A stretch of DNA of 57,164 nt. Source: an uncultured Candidatus Saccharibacteria bacterium. GTDB lineage: Bacteria; Patescibacteriota; UBA1384; DATEAH01; CAYPSR01. The stretch is taken from contig CAYUUY010000001.1 in assembly GCA_964448035.1 (NCBI GenBank), positions 1 through 57,164 on the forward strand, in the 5' to 3' direction. Under the pieces are notes generated by a model. That model was not told where the DNA came from and made no database searches. It saw only the letters and a program-made list of their open reading frames with translations. The position numbers and the translations under genes are program-made. Numbering within the stretch: the first letter of the stretch is position 1; every line of letters starts with the position of its first letter. Below, piece by piece: positions 9,432-18,359 of this stretch.

Positions 9432-10595
9432 ATGAGCAGTAAATTAATAGTTGAAATATGCAAGGTGGATGATGTTATTAAACACCCAAATGCAGATAAA
9501 CTTTCGATAATTGTTATAAAAGGTTGGAACTGTATCGTTAGTTTAGATCAATATAAAAAAGGCGATTTGGTTGTTTATTGTCCACCAGATTCTGTTATTC
9601 CTGATAATCTGATCGAGAAATATAATCTTGAGTTTCTAAAGAAAGATGGAAAAGTGGGAACTATTAAACTACGTAAATATATTTCTCAGGGTCTTATATT
9701 AGATGTTCCTAATAATATTAAAGAACCAAAAGAAGGAATGGACGTTGCTAATATTATGGGTATCACTAAATGGATACCACCACAATCTAAAAATAGTATA
9801 AATAATAACCAAGAAACTCTATATAAAACATACAAAAAATGGCGAAATGGTGGTATTTCTTTTTCAAGATTTATAAAGAAATCTTTTCATTTAATAAAGG
9901 ATGGTATCTTTAAACGTAAGAAAAAATTAAATCCTCTATTTGACAAGTACACAGATATAAACAATATTAAACACTATAATACTTTGTTTAAAGATGGTGA
10001 AGAGGTTGTTATATATGAAAAGCTCCATGGATCGAATGCAAGAGCATCTTATTTACCCAAAAAGAAATCAATTTTTAATTTCGGTGATAAATATGAATTC
10101 TGTATTGGATCGCACAATGTTCAATTAGTTGGTAATAGAGGTAAAAATAGTTTTTATGGATCAGATGTTTGGAGTAAATCAGCAGAGAAATATAAATTGG
10201 ATATTTTATTAAGAGATTATCCAAATTATATATTTTATTCAGAAGTGTATGGAAAGGGGATTCAGGATTTAGAATATGGATTAGATGATATAGAACTACG
10301 ATTTTTTGATATTAAGAATAAAAATATAGATAAATATCTTGATGATAGTGATTTTAAATCTATTTGTAATAAGTTGATGTTGCCAACAGTCCCATTATTA
10401 TATAAAGGCCCTTATAGTGCAGAAATAGTTAAACAATACACAAACGGTAAAAGCACAATTTATGAAAACCAAATAAGAGAAGGATGTGTAATTAGGCCAG
10501 TTAATGAAGAAATTGATCCAAGAGTAGGTAGAAAAATATTAAAGAGCATAAGCGAAGATTATTTATTAAGAAAGAATGGAACGGAGTTCAATTAA
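9432..10595 (+). CDS. RNA ligase (DRB0094-like family) with N-terminal tRNA-binding-type OB domain
   Basis: 'VIKHPNADKLSI...GDLVVYCPPDSVIP' OB module; nucleotidyltransferase motif I 'YEKLHGSN'; 'YSEVYGKGIQ' and 'REGCVIRP...KILKSI' downstream motifs. Confidence 0.75.
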   Translation: MSSKLIVEICKVDDVIKHPNADKLSIIVIKGWNCIVSLDQYKKGDLVVYCPPDSVIPDNLIEKYNLEFLKKDGKVGTIKLRKYISQGLILDVPNNIKEPKEGMDVANIMGITKWIPPQSKNSINNNQETLYKTYKKWRNGGISFSRFIKKSFHLIKDGIFKRKKKLNPLFDKYTDINNIKHYNTLFKDGEEVVIYEKLHGSNARASYLPKKKSIFNFGDKYEFCIGSHNVQLVGNRGKNSFYGSDVWSKSAEKYKLDILLRDYPNYIFYSEVYGKGIQDLEYGLDDIELRFFDIKNKNIDKYLDDSDFKSICNKLMLPTVPLLYKGPYSAEIVKQYTNGKSTIYENQIREGCVIRPVNEEIDPRVGRKILKSISEDYLLRKNGTEFN

Positions 10596-10987
10596 TGATA
10601 AATAAATACATATTAGAAAAAGCCATTTTAAAGGCAGAAAATAATGGCTATTTAATACCAACAGTTTTGTCAGAAATTTTTAAAGGTACTCAGGATGAAT
10701 CTAGAAATATAGATCGTTGTTGGAAAATCATTAAAATTGAAGACTTCTTGTATTTTGATAATAACGGAAGATGCGCAGAAGAAACATTATTTTTTAGTGT
10801 TAACGATATTATTTTCTCACACGAATTTGCAAAAGCGTTTTTTGGCGACAAAAAATATGTTCAATCTTTTAATCCTGCCTATTACACGTATCGTAATACA
10901 GATAAAAAACTGTGGGAAGAACATCTTCAGAATATGATATTAATGAACAATGATACACGAGTTAGATATTTGGAGAATTGGTTATGA
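10595..10987 (+). CDS. hypothetical protein, paralog of 14100-14450
   Basis: Shares 'ILxxAILKAExNG' and 'IIFSHEFAKAFFG' with the 14100 ORF. Confidence 0.6.
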   Translation: MINKYILEKAILKAENNGYLIPTVLSEIFKGTQDESRNIDRCWKIIKIEDFLYFDNNGRCAEETLFFSVNDIIFSHEFAKAFFGDKKYVQSFNPAYYTYRNTDKKLWEEHLQNMILMNNDTRVRYLENWL

Positions 10988-11244
10988 CCAGAGTTGTTCA
11001 TTGCAAAAAAGAAAAATATGATGTCTATATTGGACGTGGTTCAATATGGGGAAATCCTTTTATTATTGGTAAAGATGGATCAAGAGAAGATGTTATTTCT
11101 AAATATGAAGTTTATTTTTTAAATAACAAAAAACTAATAAGTCTATTACCACAACTTAAAGATAAAATATTGGGCTGTTTTTGTAAACCAAAAGCGTGTC
11201 ATGGAGATATATTAATAAAATATATAAAGGAATGGAATTTGTAA
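10984..11244 (+). CDS. DUF4326-like protein
   Basis: 'YDVYIGRGSIWGNPF' and 'GCFCKPKACHGDIL' match my recollection of the DUF4326 pattern; ATGA overlap start at 10984 (track start 10978). Confidence 0.6.
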   Translation: MTRVVHCKKEKYDVYIGRGSIWGNPFIIGKDGSREDVISKYEVYFLNNKKLISLLPQLKDKILGCFCKPKACHGDILIKYIKEWNL

Positions 11245-11663
11245 TGACAAATCAAGATGTATCAGATTATTTAAAAGAAAAATATTATAAAGATAACCAA
11301 AGGCTCCTTTTAACACTTAGGTACGTCGATAGTAAAAAATACCCACGTTATGATCAAGAAGTTGAATGTGGTAATATTACATTGTTAAGAATTCAAACAT
11401 TTAATTGTTTGTATAATTATGAACCTGGTTATATACCATATTGTATTAGAAATTATTGGGATGGATATACTGTTACTGTTCAAAAATTCGGACAATTGAC
11501 TAATGAAGAAATACACAAAGCAATAGGATATGTATTACATCAATATTCAAAAGATACTTTATTTATTCCGTGGAACGTATATTTAGATGGAAAACACATA
11601 TGGACAAATAATACACGAATTTATACAAGACTACAAGAAGATATTAATAGGAGATTTATATGA
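11244..11663 (+). CDS. hypothetical protein
   Basis: TAATG coupling to the upstream gene; the track start 11196 overlaps the upstream gene and is less likely. Confidence 0.55.
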   Translation: MTNQDVSDYLKEKYYKDNQRLLLTLRYVDSKKYPRYDQEVECGNITLLRIQTFNCLYNYEPGYIPYCIRNYWDGYTVTVQKFGQLTNEEIHKAIGYVLHQYSKDTLFIPWNVYLDGKHIWTNNTRIYTRLQEDINRRFI

Positions 11664-12349
11664 TAGAAAAAATTAAATTGCTTTTATATCATAACCCAAA
11701 TATTACGAAGCCATGGGTGTTTGGTAAAGAAAGTATGAAATTGGACGGAAAACTTATTAAAAAAATAATTGTTGGAATACATGGCATAAGAACACACGAA
11801 GAAAGTTGGATCGATTCTTTTATTAGATTCTGTACTGTTTTTTATAAAGACAATGATATTCTATATGTTGATTATGCATACAATTTTCTTCCGGCCATTT
11901 TGTCTATTAATCCCTTGATAAAATGGTATTTAACATCTAAATTTAAGAAAAAACTACATCAGCTTCAAAGAGATTATCCAAATGCTTCAATCAATATAAT
12001 AGCACACAGTTATGGTACAGAACTGACATATTTGTCTTTAAAAACTAAAGATGATGTTAATGGTTTTATCAATGTTGATAAAGTTATTTTACTTGCAAGC
12101 ATATTAAATATAAAAACGGATTTATCTAAAATATATGCCAATGGTCAATTTAAGGAATTTCATGTTTTTTCATCATTAGAGGATGAAGTGTGCCGTTGGA
12201 ATCCATTTGGTCATTCTGGTTTTATAGGATTAAAAGATGATTTTGCCACTAATCATAGACATGCAAATCTTGAACATGGTGATTATTTTACAATAGATTT
12301 TTTTAAAAAGTATGCAAAAATATTTGATTTAAAAAAGAAAGAATTATAA
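11660..12349 (+). CDS. alpha/beta-hydrolase (serine esterase/lipase-like)
   Basis: 'VGIHGIRTHEESW' and nucleophile elbow 'IIAHSYGTE' (GxSxG-type). Confidence 0.55.
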   Translation: MIEKIKLLLYHNPNITKPWVFGKESMKLDGKLIKKIIVGIHGIRTHEESWIDSFIRFCTVFYKDNDILYVDYAYNFLPAILSINPLIKWYLTSKFKKKLHQLQRDYPNASINIIAHSYGTELTYLSLKTKDDVNGFINVDKVILLASILNIKTDLSKIYANGQFKEFHVFSSLEDEVCRWNPFGHSGFIGLKDDFATNHRHANLEHGDYFTIDFFKKYAKIFDLKKKEL

Positions 12350-12498
12350 TGAGTGATCCAAAGAAAAATTTTATTTGTCCTATTTGTGGCCTAATCTCAA
12401 ATGATGGGAACAGAAGATTCGGTACAGATACCAAATGTATCAATTGTATGATAGAAAACAGAAATATAAATCAAGAACTGGAGAACAACAATGAATAA
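12349..12498 (+). CDS. small zinc-ribbon protein (49 aa)
   Basis: TAATG coupling; 'CPIC...CINC'; translated by hand. Confidence 0.4.
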   Translation: MSDPKKNFICPICGLISNDGNRRFGTDTKCINCMIENRNINQELENNNE

Positions 12499-13726
12499 AG
12501 AAACAATAAAAGATGAAGATGTTATAGATTTATATGCACAAGGGTTAACACAATCAGAAATAGCCAATATGTTAGATAGACACGTAAGGCGAATAGCCGA
12601 ACGAATAGCCAAATTAAAAGCATCAGGTAAAATAGGAACCGTTGAAATTCTTCAACGGGAAAATGTTAAATTGGTAAATAAATTACAAAAACAATCCGAC
12701 TTAAATCGGATAAAAAACAAAACATATCGTGAACATTCAAGACTGAGTAATGCTATTGGTGAATTAGATAAAGAGTTTATTGAAATATTAAAAAAGCACG
12801 AATTACCAAAGAAAATATTTCGTACCAAAGAAATAAAATCAAACACTAAATCTGGGGCAATTCTTCATCTTACCGATCTACATCTTAATGAATTAGTGGA
12901 TATTGTATCTAATAAGTATGATTTTAATATTGCATCCCAAAGAATCAGAAAATTTGTAAATGATGCTAGAACATATTTTAAGGCAAAGAATGTAAAAGAT
13001 GTTTTTGTTTGTATGACCGGAGATTTAATGAATTCCGATCGAAGACTTGACGAAATTCTTTCTCAGGCTACTAATAGGGCAAAGGCATTATTTTTGTCTG
13101 TTATGATCATTGAACAGGCTCTATTGGATTTACAACAAGATTTTAATGTATCAGTAGTTAGTGTTATTGGCAATGAAAGCAGAATTACCAAAGATATTGG
13201 TTGGAGTGATGAAGTAGCCAGCGATAATTATGACTTCATGATTTATAACACATTAAAATTAATATTTAGAAAATCAAACATTAGATTTTTTGATGGAAAT
13301 GCAACAGAGCAAGTTATAGAAATTGTTGGACAGAACATCTTAATCTGTCATGGTAACCAGATTAAAGGTTCCAAAATGGAACAAAGTATCCAAAAAATTA
13401 TAGGAAAATATGCCACTCAAAAAATAAATATATCATTTATTATTAGTGGTCATCTTCATTCATGTAGAACATCAGATTTGTTTTCTAGGGGTGGATCGGT
13501 TGTAGGTGCCAACGATTATAGCTGGGGTGCATTACAATTGGCAAGTAGAGCCAGTCAAAATGCTCACATCTTTTATAGTAATGGAAACCGAGATTCAATT
13601 AAGATAGATTTACAGGAAATTAATGATGTTGAAGGATATCCAATAATAAAAGAACTTGAATCATATAACGCAAAGAGTCTTAGTAAGGCTAAAAAGAAAA
13701 CAACTATCATAAAATTAGTTGTATAA
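12491..13726 (+). CDS. HTH domain fused to calcineurin-like metallophosphoesterase
   Basis: N-terminal 'LYAQGLTQSEIANML' (sigma region 4/LuxR-like HTH); phosphoesterase motifs 'HLTDLHLN', 'TGDLMNSD', 'GNES', 'CHGN', 'SGHLHS'. Confidence 0.7.
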   Translation: MNKETIKDEDVIDLYAQGLTQSEIANMLDRHVRRIAERIAKLKASGKIGTVEILQRENVKLVNKLQKQSDLNRIKNKTYREHSRLSNAIGELDKEFIEILKKHELPKKIFRTKEIKSNTKSGAILHLTDLHLNELVDIVSNKYDFNIASQRIRKFVNDARTYFKAKNVKDVFVCMTGDLMNSDRRLDEILSQATNRAKALFLSVMIIEQALLDLQQDFNVSVVSVIGNESRITKDIGWSDEVASDNYDFMIYNTLKLIFRKSNIRFFDGNATEQVIEIVGQNILICHGNQIKGSKMEQSIQKIIGKYATQKINISFIISGHLHSCRTSDLFSRGGSVVGANDYSWGALQLASRASQNAHIFYSNGNRDSIKIDLQEINDVEGYPIIKELESYNAKSLSKAKKKTTIIKLVV

Positions 13727-13730
13727 TTTC

Positions 13731-13760
13731 TTGACAAACCATTTTTGTGTATGTTATACT
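13731..13760 (+). promoter_or_regulatory. Sigma70-like promoter, copy 2 (TTGACA-N18-TATACT, extended -10 TGT)
   Basis: ttgaca 13731-13736, tatact 13755-13760, 'gtatgt' before the -10; directly after the stop of the 12491 gene. Confidence 0.55.
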
Positions 13761-13781
13761 TAAAAAGAAAGAGGACGTATA

Positions 13782-13910
13782 GTGAATTTTATTCGTTTAA
13801 TTATAGGAACAACAATTATAACGCTGTTTAATAATGTCTTTTCTTTAAATTTTGATGTATATCAAATAATCACATTGACAGCTTTTACAATATTATTATT
13901 TAAGGAATAG
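13782..13910 (+). CDS. small hydrophobic peptide (42 aa)
   Basis: GTG start after AAGAGG RBS; sequence 'VNFIRLIIGTTIITLF...ITLTAFTILLF' is membrane-like; first ORF after the promoter. Confidence 0.3.
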   Translation: MNFIRLIIGTTIITLFNNVFSLNFDVYQIITLTAFTILLFKE

Positions 13911-13915
13911 TCCAA

Positions 13916-14110
13916 ATGCCAAATTATGAATTTATTTGTCCTAAATGTACTTATTTTGAAACTACCATATTAAAAGTAGATGAAAGAAACAACAATAGGA
14001 TGTGTCCTAAATGTGGTAGTATTTTAGAAAGACAAATAGGAAATGTTGGTTTTGATCTAAGAGGAGAAGGTTTTTATTGTAACAGGGAGAAATATAATTA
14101 TGATGACTAA
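13916..14110 (+). CDS. FmdB-family zinc-ribbon protein
   Basis: 'MPNYEFICPKC...CPKCGS' CxxC-CxxC pattern typical of the FmdB putative regulatory family. Confidence 0.6.
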   Translation: MPNYEFICPKCTYFETTILKVDERNNNRMCPKCGSILERQIGNVGFDLRGEGFYCNREKYNYDD

Positions 14111-14450
14111 TAAAGATATATTATACCAGGCAATTTTAAAGGCCGAACAGAATGGTTTCAAAGAACATTTAAATTTGTTACCCTTTATAAAAACACAAGA
14201 ACCAGAAAATTTAGTCAAAACAATATTTCTTGGACAATTTAGGAACATTATTTTTAACCACAATTTTGCTAAAGCGTTTTTTGGAGAATTTAAAGGGGAT
14301 GGTAAATTATTTGAAGACGGAGAAAGATTTAGTCATTTTAATGAAAATGGTTGGCCAGTTGTTGATAGAGATTGGAGATATCATTTACCAATAATGGTAA
14401 TGGAAAAAGAACCACTAAAATACTTGGAAAAATTTCTAAAGGACAAATAA
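14100..14450 (+). CDS. hypothetical protein, paralog of 10595-10987
   Basis: 'ILYQAILKAEQNGF', 'IIFNHNFAKAFFGE'. Confidence 0.6.
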   Translation: MMTNKDILYQAILKAEQNGFKEHLNLLPFIKTQEPENLVKTIFLGQFRNIIFNHNFAKAFFGEFKGDGKLFEDGERFSHFNENGWPVVDRDWRYHLPIMVMEKEPLKYLEKFLKDK

Positions 14451-14605
14451 TGAAAAAATTTATTTTTACTAATAAAAATGAAGCAAAAATATATATTAAT
14501 AAAAGAGTAAAATCAATAAAACAAGAACTTTTAAAACATTTGGAATCATTAAACACGAATGAATCAATAGATGCTACATATTATATTGAAATGGAGTATA
14601 AATAA
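14450..14605 (+). CDS. small hypothetical protein (51 aa)
   Basis: TAATG coupling at 14448-14452; the longer track ORF from 14372 overlaps the upstream gene. Confidence 0.4.
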   Translation: MKKFIFTNKNEAKIYINKRVKSIKQELLKHLESLNTNESIDATYYIEMEYK

Positions 14606-14742
14606 TGAACAAAACACGAACTCTTGAATTGAGAAAATCAGCATTAAAAGCATATGAAAAAGTAGGATTAGAAAAGAAAGGAATTTCTTTTAAGAATTTT
14701 TTTAGAAGAATAAAGAAAAATTATAAAAGGATCACAGAATGA
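14605..14742 (+). CDS. small basic hypothetical protein (45 aa)
   Basis: TAATG coupling upstream and ATGA coupling downstream; translated by hand. Confidence 0.4.
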   Translation: MNKTRTLELRKSALKAYEKVGLEKKGISFKNFFRRIKKNYKRITE

Positions 14743-14993
14743 TAGATAAAAAGAATTGGAACGAATTTAGAGACGCAGGCCTATTATGGTTTACTAATAG
14801 ATTTCTTCATTTATTCGGATGGGCCATTGTAATTGATTATGAAGATTTAACAAAGGGAACAATTAAAGAGGTATATCCAGCAAGATGTAAGTTTAGAGGT
14901 TTTGATGACAAAAGCGAGTCAAAAGGATTCATAAATGTTACAAAATATTTAAAGGATAATATTAATGATTTATTAAAAGAAGCACAAGAATAA
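14739..14993 (+). CDS. hypothetical protein
   Basis: 84-aa ORF, translationally coupled. Confidence 0.55.
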   Translation: MIDKKNWNEFRDAGLLWFTNRFLHLFGWAIVIDYEDLTKGTIKEVYPARCKFRGFDDKSESKGFINVTKYLKDNINDLLKEAQE

Positions 14994-15016
14994 ATATAGT
15001 AATCGATTATGGAGAA

Positions 15017-16129
15017 GTGATGATAAAGTTATTGAAAGCAAGACTAATAAATTTTCAAAAACATTCTGATTTAACAGTAGATTTTAATGATGATGTTACT
15101 ATTTTTACTGGATTGACGGATGCCGGAAAAAGTGTAATTAGACGTGCAATCGATTGGACAATTTTCTGTTCTGGTATTAAGGAAAATGATTTACGTAAAG
15201 AAGGAACAAAACAAACATCTGTTGTTTTATCATTTAACAACGGTGTTGAAGTCGAAAAAGTAAAAAGCAATTCAATAAATAGATACATTCTTAGAAAACC
15301 AAATGAAGATGAGCAAGTATTTGATAATTTTGGAAAAGATACACCACAAGCAATAAAAGACGCAATTGGAATGTCACAAATCGACATTGGAAGTGAATCC
15401 CTTAATTTAAACATATCAGAACAACTGGTTCTCCCATTTCTGCTTGACAAAACCCCATCCTTTCGATCAAAACTATTCAATAAAATAACTGGCAATGAGT
15501 TGTTAGATTCTCTATTTAAAAAATGCAACAAAGAAAGTCTGCGTATTAGTAGAGAGTATAAAGACGTGGAAGAGGTTCTTGTTAAACAGGAAAACGATGT
15601 TGTTAAATTTTCTGAACAATACAACCATGACAAAAAAATATTAGATTCAATTAAAAATAAGTATGCTATTTTAAAAGAAAAATCAAAAAAACTAGAAGAA
15701 CTAAAAAGATTATCTTCATTAATATCCGAAAACGAATTAGCATTAAAGCAAGTTGAGAAAAGACTATCATCAATAGTAATGATAGATGATCAAACCATTT
15801 CCGATCTACGTAAAAAAGCCGAGAAACACAGTAAGTTAGTAGAAATAAGCAAGAAGCTATCAGAAATCAACAGTATGTTACAAAAGATAGAGTCATCTAA
15901 AATAAATATACCAGAAGTAGATTTTCAGGAATTATATAATAAAAATGAATTGTTTATTAAATTAAACAAGATTAGCACAGAAATGAAAAATTTACAAAAT
16001 CAGGACTCAAAAAATGATAAATCTATTGATGAATCTTTAAAAATGCTATATAATAATCAAGAAGAATTAGATGAAATATGGAAAAAATTGGACAATGTTT
16101 GTCCATTATGCAAAATGAAAAAAGGATAA
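15017..16129 (+). CDS. Rad50/SbcC-like ATPase, N-terminal half (Walker A + coiled coil + zinc hook)
   Basis: 'FTGLTDAGKSV' Walker A near the N-terminus, long heptad-rich region, 'CPLC' hook 5 residues from the C-terminus. GTG 15017 / ATG 15020 after GGAG RBS. Confidence 0.75.
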   Translation: MMIKLLKARLINFQKHSDLTVDFNDDVTIFTGLTDAGKSVIRRAIDWTIFCSGIKENDLRKEGTKQTSVVLSFNNGVEVEKVKSNSINRYILRKPNEDEQVFDNFGKDTPQAIKDAIGMSQIDIGSESLNLNISEQLVLPFLLDKTPSFRSKLFNKITGNELLDSLFKKCNKESLRISREYKDVEEVLVKQENDVVKFSEQYNHDKKILDSIKNKYAILKEKSKKLEELKRLSSLISENELALKQVEKRLSSIVMIDDQTISDLRKKAEKHSKLVEISKKLSEINSMLQKIESSKINIPEVDFQELYNKNELFIKLNKISTEMKNLQNQDSKNDKSIDESLKMLYNNQEELDEIWKKLDNVCPLCKMKKG

Positions 16130-16148
16130 AATATTAAGAGGGATGAGA

Positions 16149-16283
16149 ATGTCTTTATATTATGTAAACAAATATTTAGATGAAATTATTGATTTTATAA
16201 AAGAAAATTATGATCCAGAGAATGTTTTTGAAGAAGATGTTCTTTCTTTATGGGCAACTAATAATGGGTTTATTAAGGAATAA
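16149..16283 (+). CDS. small hypothetical protein (44 aa)
   Basis: GAGGG RBS, fills the gap between the Rad50 N-half and the nuclease; translated by hand. Confidence 0.35.
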   Translation: MSLYYVNKYLDEIIDFIKENYDPENVFEEDVLSLWATNNGFIKE

Positions 16284-16286
16284 TTT

Positions 16287-17219
16287 ATGAAATTTGTTTA
16301 TTTTTCAGATTCGCATATTGCTGGCAAAAATAGTGTCAATAGACTTGGTGATTATTTTTCAGATTGTATGGCCAAACTAGATGAATGCATTACTATCTAT
16401 AAAAAAGAAAAATGTTCGTTTATGATTATAGGCGGCGATATTTTTAATAGTAATACAGTTAGCAATTCTGTAGTAGATGAATTCTTAGATAGAATAGAAA
16501 AAAACAATATAAATGTAAAGGTCATATATGGGAATCACGATCTCGTAAATTGTAATTTGGAAATGTCAAAATCAACATCTTTGGCCCATATGATGCGAAG
16601 AAGTAAAAACATTACTCTTTTAGATGAATATGAAGATAATACCTGTTTTATTAAGGGCATTAATTATAAGCATAATATTGAAGAAGATTTTTGTATTTCT
16701 GGTTTAAACTGTAAAGAAACTGATAAATTTAAAATAATAATTCCTCATGCTTTTATTTCTTTAAAAGAATTTCCATTTGCAACACATATTGTGGCATCTA
16801 AACTGAAAACTAACGCTGATGTGGTATTGTGTTCCCATTTTCATCATGATTGGGGAATTGAAACAGTAAATAACGTCAAATTTGTCAATCTAGGGGCCTT
16901 TGGTCGCTTATCCATAGCAGAACATGGTCATATGCCTAAAATCGCACTGGTGGACACTCAGACACGATTAATCGATATAATCCAGCTATCATCTGCCAAG
17001 AAAGGCAGTGAAATCTTTGATCTGAGTAAATACAATGAAAAGAAAGCAGAAAAGAAGGATATTTCCGCTTTTATTGAGGCCCTAAATAGTGTTGAGTGGC
17101 AGGACTTATCAACAAGAGATCAAATTATTAAAGCCGGTAAGGATAATAATATTGAACAACCAGTTATTGACTATTTAATAAACCAATTGGATAAATTAAG
17201 GATGAAAGATAATGAGTAA
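16287..17219 (+). CDS. Mre11/SbcD-like metallophosphoesterase nuclease
   Basis: Motifs 'YFSDSHIAG', 'GGDIFN', 'GNHD', 'IIPHAF', 'CSHFHHD'; adjacent to Rad50-like genes. Confidence 0.75.
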   Translation: MKFVYFSDSHIAGKNSVNRLGDYFSDCMAKLDECITIYKKEKCSFMIIGGDIFNSNTVSNSVVDEFLDRIEKNNINVKVIYGNHDLVNCNLEMSKSTSLAHMMRRSKNITLLDEYEDNTCFIKGINYKHNIEEDFCISGLNCKETDKFKIIIPHAFISLKEFPFATHIVASKLKTNADVVLCSHFHHDWGIETVNNVKFVNLGAFGRLSIAEHGHMPKIALVDTQTRLIDIIQLSSAKKGSEIFDLSKYNEKKAEKKDISAFIEALNSVEWQDLSTRDQIIKAGKDNNIEQPVIDYLINQLDKLRMKDNE

Positions 17220-17385
17220 TTCAAACGTGGTCAAATGTCCCAAATGTAACAAGGTATTTTTTGATGTTGGTAGTGATATTTGTCCATTTTGTAAATGTAA
17301 TGTTCATGAACAATCAATTGATACTTTTAAAAACATGTTTGGGGAAGATAATCCGTTCAATGATATATTTGGAGGAAATTTATAA
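17212..17385 (+). CDS. small zinc-ribbon protein (57 aa)
   Basis: 'CPKC...CPFC'; TAATG coupling to the next gene; translated by hand. Confidence 0.45.
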   Translation: MSNSNVVKCPKCNKVFFDVGSDICPFCKCNVHEQSIDTFKNMFGEDNPFNDIFGGNL

Positions 17386-17753
17386 TGATATTAGTTAAAG
17401 ATATTATAGTGGAGAATGTAAATGGTGATTGTTGTGATGTAGCATATTATCCAAAAAGGGATTTCGATAGGTACAGCGTTAAACCAATAGATGTTAAAAT
17501 GGAACATATTACAGGTAAGTTTTTTATTAATGAACGTGATGAAGAAGTTTGTCTTGGTTTTGCAAAACATGTTCAAGATATTCTTGGCTTACCATTTGAA
17601 GCATTTGATAACATGAATAAAAAAGCACAAAAAGATGCAAAACTTATATCCAGTTTAAGAAAACTTAGAAACAAAGAGTATGATGAGTTAAATAAATACA
17701 AAAAGATGTCGTTTTGGAATAGGTTAAAATTTTTATTTATAGGAGGAAGGTAA
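17385..17753 (+). CDS. hypothetical protein
   Basis: 122-aa ORF, coupled on both sides. Confidence 0.55.
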   Translation: MILVKDIIVENVNGDCCDVAYYPKRDFDRYSVKPIDVKMEHITGKFFINERDEEVCLGFAKHVQDILGLPFEAFDNMNKKAQKDAKLISSLRKLRNKEYDELNKYKKMSFWNRLKFLFIGGR

Positions 17754-17974
17754 TGACCAACAAAATTTGTCCAATAATGAGTACAAGTTTAGAAGTGACT
17801 CATCCAGAAATAAATAAATATTCTAAGAGTTATGTATCCGTGGAATTTAAGATTATTAAATGTCTAAGAGAAGAATGTGCATTATGGCAAAATAGTTGCA
17901 AACAATTTGATGAATCAAAAGGATATGATGTGATAACCCAAAAAGAAGGATGTAAACTAGGGAGAATAGAATGA
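17753..17974 (+). CDS. hypothetical Cys-containing protein
   Basis: 73-aa ORF, TAATG coupling. Confidence 0.5.
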   Translation: MTNKICPIMSTSLEVTHPEINKYSKSYVSVEFKIIKCLREECALWQNSCKQFDESKGYDVITQKEGCKLGRIE

Positions 17975-18204
17975 CAGAATATACAGAAAAAATACAAAAA
18001 CTTGAAAAGAAAATTCAAGAAATAAAAATTGAACATGCAAAAGCAGAAGAAAAGAAAAAGAACCTTACGGAAGAAAAAGAAAAACATCTTTCTTCTTTAA
18101 AAGAGTTGGGTGTTTCTTATGATGATTTAGACACAAAAATTATTCCTAATTTAAAACAGGACATGGATGGTATTATAGAAGAAATTGAAAAGGAGTTAGT
18201 GTAA
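17971..18204 (+). CDS. coiled-coil protein
   Basis: 77-aa, K/E-rich heptad-like sequence 'KIQKLEKKIQEIKIEHAKAEEKKK'. Confidence 0.5.
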   Translation: MTEYTEKIQKLEKKIQEIKIEHAKAEEKKKNLTEEKEKHLSSLKELGVSYDDLDTKIIPNLKQDMDGIIEEIEKELV

Positions 18205-18359
18205 TGGAAGCTAAAACTTATGAGGTAGTAATTTGTCAATGTGATAATTGTTATGAATACGTTGAACAATGTGATAAATGTGGTACAGATTTTAAAGATG
18301 ATCAATTTATTTCTTGTAAAGATGGAGAACATATATGTGGGAAATGCTATGAAAAATAA
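18204..18359 (+). CDS. small zinc-binding protein (51 aa)
   Basis: 'CQCDNC...CDKC...CGKC'; TAATG coupling; translated by hand. Confidence 0.45.
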   Translation: MEAKTYEVVICQCDNCYEYVEQCDKCGTDFKDDQFISCKDGEHICGKCYEK

